From a virus, in IMG/VR virus record IMGVR_UViG_3300035698_007508, positions 32,001 to 96,000 of that record: a stretch of 64,000 nt of DNA; one strand, given 5' to 3'. The translations under genes were made by a program, and so were the position numbers. This document shows positions 46,674-55,490 of this stretch, piece after piece. The number at the start of each line of letters is the position of its first letter. Within the stretch, counting starts at the first letter, position 1. The notes beneath the pieces were generated by a model. That model had not been told where the DNA came from, did no database searches, and saw only the letters and a program-made list of their open reading frames with translations.

Positions 46674-48001
46674 TGTCGAAATTAGGTCTTGAATTCCTAA
46701 CATCCAACGCAGGTACAGCATTCCCGTTCGCGGAAAACGCAACGGGTGTGGCGTATTCTGCCGATATGGTAGCGTATGCTGAGGACACCGTGTTCTTGGG
46801 GGCCGGTCGTATACCCGCAGAAGCTTTCGTCGATGCCGTCCTGATAACGCCGCCGGATGTGACTGGCGTGTACCTGTACAGTATCGCGCCCACAGGTGCT
46901 GGTGGCGCACCCTATACGTTTCGATTTGACAACCAAGACGGTGCGGAGCTGCTGACTACCACGCTCGCTGCGTTACCCGACCTGGTGAACGGGCACGGGC
47001 TCGTGACGTTCGAAGGCGAAGAGTGCGTGATCAGGCTTGTAGTGGGTCAGGCGTTCAACGATTACTTGGCCGGTATGACGCGCATCACTGCATTCGTGAC
47101 GCGGTTACCATTCGAAGCCGCCACGGTTGAGACCCGTCCGGCGCGGCTGCAGTCGGTCCAGATCTATGCAGCCCCGGACGTCGCCAAGTACCCCGAACGC
47201 TACACTGGTGACGTACAACTCGTGGCGGGTTACAACGTCGAACTGGACGCCGAGGAAGCCGAGACAGATACCACAACACTCACGATGGTGGCACTGCCAG
47301 GTACAGGACAGGGCGTAGCGCCTTGTGAGGTGCACCAGGCGGTCACCGGCCGGACCCAGCGTATGCTGAGCCTCGTGCCCGACGCCGCAGGCAACATCCG
47401 CATTGTAGGGGATGACTGCTACGAGATCGTGCCGATCCCGGGCCTGAACACGATTCGCATTGAGGGTAACTGTTACGCATGCTGTCAGTGCGAGGACTAT
47501 GTAGCTACGGCGCGTGCGGTACAGCAGCTGATGGAGCGTACCGACGCCATGCGGCTCGAATTGATTGATATCCACGAAGAGTACTCGGAGCGCCTGGTCC
47601 ACTACGAGACGGTGCACATCCCGACGCTCCAGACCCTGTATGTGCATACACACGGTGTGCGCGGTATCGCCGTACCTGGCGAGATCGGCGGGGCCAGCCG
47701 GCACGGGCACTTCACGATGCAGGTTACGAACGAGAGCGCAGAAGAGGCTACGAGCGTGCGTGTCACTCTGAGCCCGGTAGGCTGTGCCATACTGGCCGGT
47801 GCCGCCAATACTAAGACCGGTGGCGAGACCATGTTGGGCTCGTGGTCGGGTACGATCGGCCCGGGCGATTACGTTAACGTCGTTATCCGGGTCCGTTCGG
47901 ACCAAACTCCGCCACAAGCTATGGAATGGCGTGTGACCTGGTCGATGTGGGATACGGCGCACGAGAAAGCAGGTACAACGCTTTTCACAGGGGCCAACTG
48001 A
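46673..48001 (+). CDS. Tail/baseplate paralog family member 2
   Basis: TAATG-coupled start at 46673; LEFLTSNAGTAFPFAEN; CYACCQC and coiled coil. Confidence 0.7.
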   Translation: MSKLGLEFLTSNAGTAFPFAENATGVAYSADMVAYAEDTVFLGAGRIPAEAFVDAVLITPPDVTGVYLYSIAPTGAGGAPYTFRFDNQDGAELLTTTLAALPDLVNGHGLVTFEGEECVIRLVVGQAFNDYLAGMTRITAFVTRLPFEAATVETRPARLQSVQIYAAPDVAKYPERYTGDVQLVAGYNVELDAEEAETDTTTLTMVALPGTGQGVAPCEVHQAVTGRTQRMLSLVPDAAGNIRIVGDDCYEIVPIPGLNTIRIEGNCYACCQCEDYVATARAVQQLMERTDAMRLELIDIHEEYSERLVHYETVHIPTLQTLYVHTHGVRGIAVPGEIGGASRHGHFTMQVTNESAEEATSVRVTLSPVGCAILAGAANTKTGGETMLGSWSGTIGPGDYVNVVIRVRSDQTPPQAMEWRVTWSMWDTAHEKAGTTLFTGAN

Positions 48002-48687
48002 TGCAATCGAACTACATAGAGTGGTGCAATGAGAACGAAGACCGCAGCTATCCTCTCGAAGAGGGTACTACGCAGCGTGCCCTGTCGGGCCGGCAGTTAC
48101 CGACCGACATCATTGCCGACATGGGTATCCTGGTACCTGCCAGCTACACTGACATCTACGTCTCGTCCGTACGCGTGACGCCCGCTCTCTATAGCGTGTG
48201 CCTGGCCAGCGGTACGGCGCCGTTGTTGGTCTGCGCTGTCCCGACCGCCGGTTACACACCGTACGAGGCCGTAGCCATGGACCCGCAAGTCGAGGACGTG
48301 ACAGGCTGGGTGGTATTCGGTAACCATAGAACCACGGTAGCGGAGCAATACAGCTTCACCGATGCCAATGCCAGCGGTCTGGCGAGTCGGGCTGTACGTG
48401 TGGTCGACTCGCTGCCGGTGCGCCGTATGCTCAAGTATGGTGGATCCACCGCGCAATACATTGATAGGCTGGTCAATCTGGTAGGTGGCAACGCGCTACG
48501 GATCTACCAAGACCCGACAGACGATTCGAACATCATACTGGAGCTGGACGCCAGCAAGTGTGACTCATTTTTAGGCCCGTGCGACGTCTACCCGGATGCC
48601 GGTGGCTGTGAGCTCCCGCCGATCCGCGACATCAACGGCGTAGCCGCCAATTCCAGTGGTGTACTGACGCTGAGGTTCACAGGATGA
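48001..48687 (+). CDS. Tail/baseplate paralog family member 3
   Basis: TGATG-coupled start at 48001; YIEWCNENEDRSYPLEE. Confidence 0.7.
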   Translation: MQSNYIEWCNENEDRSYPLEEGTTQRALSGRQLPTDIIADMGILVPASYTDIYVSSVRVTPALYSVCLASGTAPLLVCAVPTAGYTPYEAVAMDPQVEDVTGWVVFGNHRTTVAEQYSFTDANASGLASRAVRVVDSLPVRRMLKYGGSTAQYIDRLVNLVGGNALRIYQDPTDDSNIILELDASKCDSFLGPCDVYPDAGGCELPPIRDINGVAANSSGVLTLRFTG

Positions 48688-49721
48688 ACACGTACTACCA
48701 AGAATATCTCAACCAGCACGAGCATCGGAAGTACCCATTTACGGACGATGCGCACATGCTGAGTACCAGTGGGCAGCAGTTGAGCGTAGATGTTGTTATC
48801 GACGCCATGCTGTACCCGCTTGATGTGTCAGGGCCGATCCATTTGAGTCTGCTGGACATGGGTGGACGTAGCGTGCAGTTCCAAGCCGATGGCGTGCTGT
48901 GCGCTACCGGCACCTGGGAGACCGGTGATAGTACCGTGGACCTGTACGACACGACCGGGTACGAGCGGCATGTCGGTGTCCTGGTATTGGGCGCTGGGGC
49001 ACTGAATCTGACGGCCGAGACGCCTATGGAGTTCGATGCCGCGGCTACCCCGCTCGTACCTACTTGTGCGATTGAGCTGAATCAGACGGGCGTACGCGGC
49101 TTCGTGACCGATGATGCCAAGCTGACTACCGGTGTTGTGAGTCTGGAAGGCCGTAACGGTGCGGAAGTAACCTCGTACTACGACACACAAGGCCGCGCCG
49201 TCATTCGCGTTGACGTGTATGGCTGCCCGCCGCCGGCGAACGTGGATTGTGATAAACTGCCGGACATTACGACCATACGCATCGAGAACCGTGACTGCCC
49301 GCCCGTACTTGCATCGCCTGGTACCGACGGGGTAATCAACATCACCGGGGCGCCGGGATTCGGTGCTGATGCGCTGTGTAAGGCCAAACGCATACCCGCT
49401 GACGATGGGGAGACACCGGGTGAGGTCGATACCTGTGACGAAGACGGTGATGCCCCGGTTGCGTTTGTATGTCCACCCGATACCAGCTACAATGTGCCGG
49501 TGCATGGTGGTCGGATCATGTTTGTTGCGCCGGGCACACTGGCGTCAGACAACCCGATCAAGATCATGAATGAAACGACGCCCGGTGAGACACCAGAATT
49601 GTCTAGGCTCGACGGCATGCGTAATTTGGATGCCGTGCAACGCCGCGTCAAGCAGTTATGGGGGCTTGGCATCCGTGACCGCGGATTGGTCACATTCAAG
49701 TTGAAAAGGAGTAAGTCGTGA
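48684..49721 (+). CDS. Tail/baseplate paralog family member 4
   Basis: ATGA-coupled; YQEYLNQHEHRKYPFTDD. Confidence 0.7.
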   Translation: MNTYYQEYLNQHEHRKYPFTDDAHMLSTSGQQLSVDVVIDAMLYPLDVSGPIHLSLLDMGGRSVQFQADGVLCATGTWETGDSTVDLYDTTGYERHVGVLVLGAGALNLTAETPMEFDAAATPLVPTCAIELNQTGVRGFVTDDAKLTTGVVSLEGRNGAEVTSYYDTQGRAVIRVDVYGCPPPANVDCDKLPDITTIRIENRDCPPVLASPGTDGVINITGAPGFGADALCKAKRIPADDGETPGEVDTCDEDGDAPVAFVCPPDTSYNVPVHGGRIMFVAPGTLASDNPIKIMNETTPGETPELSRLDGMRNLDAVQRRVKQLWGLGIRDRGLVTFKLKRSKS

Positions 49722-50527
49722 CACCTACCATTCAATGGTTGAACGCGAACCGTTACCGTAATTACCCGTTCCGGGAGGACTGGGTGACGACTATGACCGG
49801 TACGGTCGCTGTGCGTGAGCTCCCCAGCGCTGTGTTTCTCGACCTGCAGTACGTCGTGTACGTGCCCATTGTACCCGACTGGGCACGCCTGTGTTGTAGC
49901 ACGATACAGGCAGACTCGGCATTCAACACACTGACATTCAGCTTCAGGTTGAGTACGGGAACCTTCGGAAGTATTGTCGTTCCGCGTACAGTTACCACGT
50001 CGCCCATGACGCTGATAAGCCAAGGCATTCGGCTGCAAGTGGTCTTCGGGTCTGACGGTATCAACGAGCTCCTGGATGCAATGGAGGCCGATGGTGATAC
50101 CAGCGTACACAACATGGCCGCAAATGACCGTGACATGTTCGAGGCGTCCACGTTGATCCGACAGGACAAGCATCGTGTGACCAGCCTGGTGGGCGATACC
50201 GCCGGGTCTGTCCCGGTGTCCGGCGACGTGTACTGGCAGGAAGGGTACAATACACGTGTGTTCCTACAGCCTAGCCCGCGTCGTCTGACGATCCTGGCCG
50301 AACCCGGCGCCGGCCTGGGCCGCTACTGCGTACGGCGCGAACCCACGCGGGTGGGTTGTGACGAGCTGCTTTTGGCCATCAATGAAGTGTACGCTGATGG
50401 GTACGGTAAGTTCCAACTGGTGGGCACCAACGGTATCGAGATCATTCCGGAGCCGAGTCACAACCGAATCACGGTGAAGACTCACGTGGATCCTGTAGAA
50501 ATAGATTGTGAGGTGGCCGATGCCTAG
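49718..50527 (+). CDS. Tail/baseplate paralog family member 5
   Basis: GTGA-coupled with AGGAG SD; IQWLNANRYRNYPFRED. Confidence 0.7.
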   Translation: MTPTIQWLNANRYRNYPFREDWVTTMTGTVAVRELPSAVFLDLQYVVYVPIVPDWARLCCSTIQADSAFNTLTFSFRLSTGTFGSIVVPRTVTTSPMTLISQGIRLQVVFGSDGINELLDAMEADGDTSVHNMAANDRDMFEASTLIRQDKHRVTSLVGDTAGSVPVSGDVYWQEGYNTRVFLQPSPRRLTILAEPGAGLGRYCVRREPTRVGCDELLLAINEVYADGYGKFQLVGTNGIEIIPEPSHNRITVKTHVDPVEIDCEVADA

Positions 50528-51980
50528 ATCAGCATTTGTGGGTCTGCCCGATGGTTGCCCACCGTTGAGTTTCGACATCAATATCACGCCGGTGAACTTC
50601 ACAATGTGTGCGGTTCCGGACGTGACGATAGCTACCCAGTCCCCGATGACGTTCCACATAGACGTCCCGGATTTGGTGGTACCGCCATTCTGCGCCTGCA
50701 TCCCGACGCAGTTCTTCTCCCGTGACGATTTCACCATCAACATGCACACCCAGATGGTGGGCTTGTACTACACGCTGCGCCCCTTCACGGAAGACCCGGA
50801 CTGCTGCGATCCTGATTTCACGATGAAGTTCAGCCTGGTCATCCCGTGCCTTCCGCTGGACGTTGAGAGTACCGGTACGTTCCAAATCGTCAAGAATGAT
50901 GGCAACGTGAACATGTGGCTCTCCAAGCGTACAGAGACGTGCGTCCTTAAGCTGGAGTACAACTTCAATATACCGTGCCTGCCGTTCAGCATGCAGTCCA
51001 CCGGTACGATCAAGACCACCCAGGCTAAGCAAGGTGACGTGAGCCTGCGCATCACGCGCCAGGATGCGTTGACGTGCGGGTTCGAGTTCAACCTGGATAT
51101 CAAGGTACCGTGCAACCCGTTTGAACTCAAAGCCACAGGGTCCGCCAAGTTTGTGAACAACACTGACGACATAAAGGTGAGCTACTGGTTTTCCAAGGTA
51201 CCGGACACATGTATCTTGCAGATTGACGACCTGAACTTCAACTTCGACATGCAGATCCCGTGTCACGCGTTCTCGATCAGCGCCATCGGTAGCGCCGCAT
51301 TCGTGCAGAATAATGACGACATCCAGCTCAATTGTCGGTTCGAGAAGGAGCCAGAGACGTGTATACTTCAAATCGACAAGTTGAAGTTCAATTTCGATCT
51401 TAAGATTCCGTGTACCACGTTGGACATGCAGTCCACAGGTACGGCTACGATCATGGGCGAAGACATGCACGTGTCGTACTGGATGTCGCAGATACCGGAT
51501 ACGCGCATCCTCCAGGTCGACTCGCTGCGTTTCAATTATGACCTGAATATCCCCTGCATGCCGTTGAAGCGTGAGGTTACGGGTACGGCGTACATGGATA
51601 AGGACACAAAGGTCCCTGATATCGCGATGCTGCTGACCAAGCGTGAGCCGTCTTGCGTCCTTATCCTGGATTACAATGTACACATCCCGTGCTCGCCGGT
51701 CGTGATTGCGGAAGTATCGAACGACGAGCCTGCTGGCCTGAACGGTAAAAAAGAGACGGTACTGTTCACAGCGTATATGGATGAACATTGCACTATGAGG
51801 TGGGGCATCCAGCTGGCACGCGCCGGGTTTAACGGTAATCACACGTACGCACGCGCCCTCAAGTGGGAGAGTAATTGCTTGAAATGGCGCTACGGTATCA
51901 AGTACTATGTTGACGGTCGGTGTTTCTCGGTCTACCAGGATAGCGCTTGGCACGACCTGATTTGCGCCACCTACTGCTAG
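50520..51980 (+). CDS. Cys-paired beta-repeat protein, putative fibre
   Basis: GAGGTGG SD, ATG 50520; six full ~43-50-aa repeats plus a seventh partial, each starting [IV]PC. Confidence 0.7.
   Translation: MPRSAFVGLPDGCPPLSFDINITPVNFTMCAVPDVTIATQSPMTFHIDVPDLVVPPFCACIPTQFFSRDDFTINMHTQMVGLYYTLRPFTEDPDCCDPDFTMKFSLVIPCLPLDVESTGTFQIVKNDGNVNMWLSKRTETCVLKLEYNFNIPCLPFSMQSTGTIKTTQAKQGDVSLRITRQDALTCGFEFNLDIKVPCNPFELKATGSAKFVNNTDDIKVSYWFSKVPDTCILQIDDLNFNFDMQIPCHAFSISAIGSAAFVQNNDDIQLNCRFEKEPETCILQIDKLKFNFDLKIPCTTLDMQSTGTATIMGEDMHVSYWMSQIPDTRILQVDSLRFNYDLNIPCMPLKREVTGTAYMDKDTKVPDIAMLLTKREPSCVLILDYNVHIPCSPVVIAEVSNDEPAGLNGKKETVLFTAYMDEHCTMRWGIQLARAGFNGNHTYARALKWESNCLKWRYGIKYYVDGRCFSVYQDSAWHDLICATYC
50841..51692 (+). 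repeat. Protein-level tandem repeats [IV]PC..G[TS]....C.L....[FY]
   Basis: Units begin IPCLPL, IPCLPF, VPCNPF, IPCHAF, IPCTTL, IPCMPL, IPCSPV. Confidence 0.85.
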
Positions 51981-51988
51981 GAGACGAT

Positions 51989-52384
51989 ATGCAACTCACA
52001 GTCAGATACTACGGTCCGGATCGCACGGACGGATTACAGAGCTACGACCTGCGCGTAGTCGTAACGGACGCTGTCGACATGTCTGACGCGGTGTTTGTCT
52101 GGCAACGCAAGGTCCCGTCTACAACCGATGCTGGTGCTAATGCGCTTGGCGACGAGTTCGTCAGCATCGCTGATCCGGTGGATATGGAGCAGTACCCGGC
52201 CAACGCGCCAGACCTGTTCAACGACGTGCCTTACTACCGCACGAACAATGTGACATTACGCTTTCGCAGCATGGCCGAACTGGAGGACGTACGCACGCGT
52301 ATGGACGCAGACCTGGACGAGCTGGTAGATGCACTCAAGATTGCGGCGACACTCGTCGTCATGGAGGAGAAGACATATGTCTAA
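51989..52384 (+). CDS. Hypothetical protein
   Basis: AGGAG SD, ATG 51989; 131 aa. Confidence 0.7.
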   Translation: MQLTVRYYGPDRTDGLQSYDLRVVVTDAVDMSDAVFVWQRKVPSTTDAGANALGDEFVSIADPVDMEQYPANAPDLFNDVPYYRTNNVTLRFRSMAELEDVRTRMDADLDELVDALKIAATLVVMEEKTYV

Positions 52385-52697
52385 CGACACGCAGGTGTTA
52401 TCAAGGGGGATAGTACGGAAGCTACTGGCTGACCAAACCTTTTACAAGCAGTTTCCGGAGTTCCGGCAGCTTGAGAACAAGCTGCGGACTATGAACGTAG
52501 ATCTCAATACTGGCCGTGGTTGTAAGGGATGTAAGGGCAGGCGAGTCGAGAACAATTTGTTCGGCGACTTCCTGGCAATTCTACGCTCGATCGCGCCAGA
52601 CCGTCTGGCAAAACTGAAGCAGCATTTGGGTATCGGTGGGTTGATGTACAGTGTGCAGGACCCGCGTACCGGTGCTTACGAAACGAAAGTGATATAG
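52377..52697 (+). CDS. Small hypothetical protein with GCKGC motif
   Basis: GGAGGAG SD, ATG 52377; 106 aa. Confidence 0.65.
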   Translation: MSNDTQVLSRGIVRKLLADQTFYKQFPEFRQLENKLRTMNVDLNTGRGCKGCKGRRVENNLFGDFLAILRSIAPDRLAKLKQHLGIGGLMYSVQDPRTGAYETKVI

Positions 52698-52705
52698 GAG
52701 CTGCC

Positions 52706-55051
52706 ATGAGTGACCGAATACAAATGATTCCGCCGCACACCGTCCGTTCACGGGTGCAAATTCTCGCCGAGAAGCAGGACTACAACCACAAGCTGATGAA
52801 CATTCCGGCGATGTGGGCGCGCACGCGGGGCAAAGGCATCAAAGTTGCGATCCTCGACACTGGCCGCCCGAACCATGTGGACCTCAACCCGTCCGGTAGT
52901 TGGACGGCGTACCCAGGTTACACCGAGGACGCCAATGGCCACTCCACCCATTGTGGTGGTATTGTCGCCGCTATCGCCAATAACAGTATGGGCGTGGCCG
53001 GTATCGCCCCGGAAGTCGAAGATTACTACGGTGCTGTGCTGGATAGTGACGGTGCCGGCGATATCCAAGCTATCGCAGACGGTATCCGATGGGCTGTGGA
53101 CGAGCTCGGCGCTGATGTGATCAGCATGAGTCTAGGTATCTCCGCCGGCGCCTCGGTGTTAAGCCAGTGGGAAGATGCTTGCGACTACGCCGTTCGCCAG
53201 GGTGTGGCAGTCTTCGCCGCGGCCGGTAATGAGTACGGCGACGTCGGGCAGCCGGCACAGTACGACTCGGTCATTGCGATCGCTGCAGTCAACAGCCGTA
53301 GGGATCACGCGAACTTCTCCAACACGGGCCCGGAAGTTGACTTCGCGACTGGCGGTGTGGACGTATATTCGACGTATTTGAACAACTCATACGCCAAACT
53401 GAGCGGTACGTGCCTTGCTGGCGGTACTAGGGTATGGACAAACGAGGGATTGAAGTGCATCAAAGATATGGAAGAAGGAGACTTCGTATGGTCTCTTGAT
53501 GAATCTATGAACCTTGTGCCTAGGCGGTGCGTGGCAAGGATTAGCAACGGAATTAGGGAGACACACACAGTAAAGACCGGTAACCAGACAATTGATGGAG
53601 TTACGGAAAATCATCCTTTTCTTGTTGTGCGGCGTACTCCGAAAAACGACAGGGATCTGGATGGCCACGTGTGGAAATTCAGCGGGAGACGCTATGATGT
53701 TGTGGCGCGCTGGATTCCCCTGTCTGACATGGTTGAGGGGGATATGGTTGTTGTGCCAAAGTCTCTTCCAGGTGGTAATGAATTGAATGTTGTTGGTCTA
53801 GCCAGAGAATGCGGAATTGACTGCGACAGTATAGACGGGGTGGCACTGTGCCAGGTTGTGGGTGCATTTATCGGCGATGGATCATATGTCCGTGACAACA
53901 GGAGAGCAAACACCCAAGGAATCACATTGGACATCGGACTCAATGATCCGGAGTTGGCTGACAGGTACAAGGCGCTTATTGATGACTTGTTCTGCGTCGA
54001 GTCTCACAATTACGATGGTGACGTAAGAGTTTATTGTGTGGCTGCAGCCCAATTCCTCGCAGGGTTAGGACTAACAGACGGAGCACACGGGAAAAGGTTA
54101 CCACAATGGATTTGGAGTCTGAAATCCAAGTACCGTAAGGCAATGCTTGCTGGAATAATCGATAGCGATGGAACTATAGGTAAAAACGGACGAGCAGTGA
54201 TTTCGATGTGTAATTTGGAACTAATCCACGACATCAAAGCGCTCGCCCAGGGTCTGGGATTCTTGGTATCTAATGTCTTATCCAGAGAGCGAAGGAACCC
54301 ATTCCTTGATGATGTTAGTCGAGCAGGGACGGAACAAGTTGAATGGGTAAATGAGCATACAATCAGTTTGTCGAATCCAGGACGGATAGCTGAATTGCCG
54401 ATGTTATCTTCTTCAAAGAAGCGGAGGGCAATGTCTGCTAGGCATATGGATTTCCGGTGTTTTTATCGTAATTTCCATTTTCATATGGATGATGTTTGTC
54501 TGAAAAGAGTGACTGAGATTTCCTCAAAAGGGGCGGAAGAAGTATTCGACATAACTGTGGAAGGTTCGCACAACTTTATTGCTGAGGGGATTTTAGTACA
54601 CAATAGTATGGCGTGCCCGGCCGCGGCCGCCGTGGGGGCCCTGATCCTGGCTGACGCGCTACAGGGCGGTAAGAAACTATCGCCGGCTGAATTGCGCGCT
54701 AAGCTGCGCAAAATCGCGTATGACGTAGGCGCAGACGGGTTTGATGAGGTATATGGCCACGGTATCCCGATTTTCGGGTCCGGCGGTGACCCATATGACT
54801 CTGACAATGTGCCAGAAGGGCCGGTAGAGGTTCCTGACGCACCCGACACAGGTAAGAAGTTCGGTATCAGGTCTGACTGTGCTACCTGGCGACTGGCGCA
54901 GACGCTGGTATTAGGTATGGCGTATGACCTGAACTGTGGAAAGCATATTGACCAGGCGTGGGCCCGTGCTATTAAGCAGTTGGCGGGCGATATGGCTGGC
55001 CTGGATAAGTTGATTCGCGCACGTGAAGCGGTACTCGACCGCAAAAAGTAA
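52706..55051 (+). CDS. Subtilisin-family (S8) serine protease, intein-containing, no signal peptide
   Basis: Asp in VAILDTG; His in NGHSTHCGG; oxyanion Asn in AAAGNE; Ser in LSGT|SMACP once the intein is removed. Confidence 0.92.
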   Translation: MSDRIQMIPPHTVRSRVQILAEKQDYNHKLMNIPAMWARTRGKGIKVAILDTGRPNHVDLNPSGSWTAYPGYTEDANGHSTHCGGIVAAIANNSMGVAGIAPEVEDYYGAVLDSDGAGDIQAIADGIRWAVDELGADVISMSLGISAGASVLSQWEDACDYAVRQGVAVFAAAGNEYGDVGQPAQYDSVIAIAAVNSRRDHANFSNTGPEVDFATGGVDVYSTYLNNSYAKLSGTCLAGGTRVWTNEGLKCIKDMEEGDFVWSLDESMNLVPRRCVARISNGIRETHTVKTGNQTIDGVTENHPFLVVRRTPKNDRDLDGHVWKFSGRRYDVVARWIPLSDMVEGDMVVVPKSLPGGNELNVVGLARECGIDCDSIDGVALCQVVGAFIGDGSYVRDNRRANTQGITLDIGLNDPELADRYKALIDDLFCVESHNYDGDVRVYCVAAAQFLAGLGLTDGAHGKRLPQWIWSLKSKYRKAMLAGIIDSDGTIGKNGRAVISMCNLELIHDIKALAQGLGFLVSNVLSRERRNPFLDDVSRAGTEQVEWVNEHTISLSNPGRIAELPMLSSSKKRRAMSARHMDFRCFYRNFHFHMDDVCLKRVTEISSKGAEEVFDITVEGSHNFIAEGILVHNSMACPAAAAVGALILADALQGGKKLSPAELRAKLRKIAYDVGADGFDEVYGHGIPIFGSGGDPYDSDNVPEGPVEVPDAPDTGKKFGIRSDCATWRLAQTLVLGMAYDLNCGKHIDQAWARAIKQLAGDMAGLDKLIRAREAVLDRKK
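53411..54604 (+). mobile_element. Intein (398 aa) with LAGLIDADG homing endonuclease at the subtilase catalytic Ser
   Basis: Starts CLAGGTRVWT; block B TENHPF; motifs VVGAFIGDG and MLAGIIDSDG; ends FDITVEGSHNFIAEGILVHN then +1 Ser; clearly lower GC than the flanks. Confidence 0.95.
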
Positions 55052-55059
55052 AAAAAGAC

Positions 55060-55088
55060 TTGACCTACAGATTCAAACACTGCAATTT
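55060..55088 (+). promoter_or_regulatory. Candidate promoter TTGACC-N17-CAATTT with A-tract upstream
   Basis: Preceded by AAAAAGTAAAAAAAG (UP-element-like); would start a ~115-nt transcript ending at the 55167 terminator. Confidence 0.35.
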
Positions 55089-55094
55089 GTACAG

Positions 55095-55208
55095 TGGTTG
55101 GAACGATCGGCCCTGATTTTCAGGTGTCGGAACGGCGTGCGCTCCTCTGCAAGGCCGTTTAGCTCTGTGACCCGCCTGCTTCCTCCGGCAGGCGGGTCGC
55201 TCCTTTTT
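55095..55208 (+). ncRNA. Candidate small RNA with three hairpins and anti-Shine-Dalgarno loops
   Basis: Hairpins at 55107-55130, 55131-55159 (loop GCTCCTCT) and 55167-55200 (loop TTCCTCCG), then a T-tract; no ORF with an RBS. Confidence 0.35.
55167..55208 (+). terminator. Intrinsic terminator
   Basis: GTGACCCGCCTGC-TTCCTCCG-GCAGGCGGGTCGC: 13-bp stem (11 perfect core pairs), then TCCTTTTT. Confidence 0.8.
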
Positions 55209-55315
55209 GTCCCCAAAAGTATCACTATTTCTGACTAAATCAGGCCACTAAATCGGTTATAACTAACTAATAGGGAAGGACTTCCATTGCGGCACCCCGA
55301 TTTTGGGGATCGTGA

Positions 55316-55346
55316 TTGAAATCTGACCCGATTACCTGTATATAGT
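55316..55346 (+). promoter_or_regulatory. Candidate promoter TTGAAA-N17-TATATA(GT)
   Basis: Followed by a small hairpin GTGAAA-CGAGT-TTTCAC (55352-55368), a GGAGGT SD and a 5-codon ORF. Confidence 0.4.
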
Positions 55347-55415
55347 ATGACGTGAAACGAGTTTTCACTCAAATGGAGGTACTATCATGCTACCGCAGGG
55401 CTAAAAACCCGCACA

Positions 55416-55484
55416 TTGACGCACCTCAGGCACTGATTTTGTGTGAAATCGGTGCCTGCGGCTCGTGTCAAGCCGCTCTCTTTT
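55416..55484 (+). promoter_or_regulatory. Candidate attenuator-like RNA switch with mutually exclusive hairpins
   Basis: 13-bp stem 55427-55439/55446-55458. Outer stem TTGACGC/GTGTCAA competes with hairpin GCGGCT/AGCCGC (55458-55476), which is followed by TCTCTTTT. Confidence 0.35.
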
Positions 55485-55490
55485 ACCTAT

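Noticed and set aside
50529-51953. 474-aa antisense ORF
   Set aside because: It mirrors the + strand repeat gene, has no recognisable motifs or RBS, and is typical of shadow frames in GC-biased coding DNA.
55085-55170. Possible tRNA (AGTGG D-loop-like motif and hairpins)
   Set aside because: No TTC-RA T-loop, no 7-nt anticodon loop and no acceptor stem could be formed.
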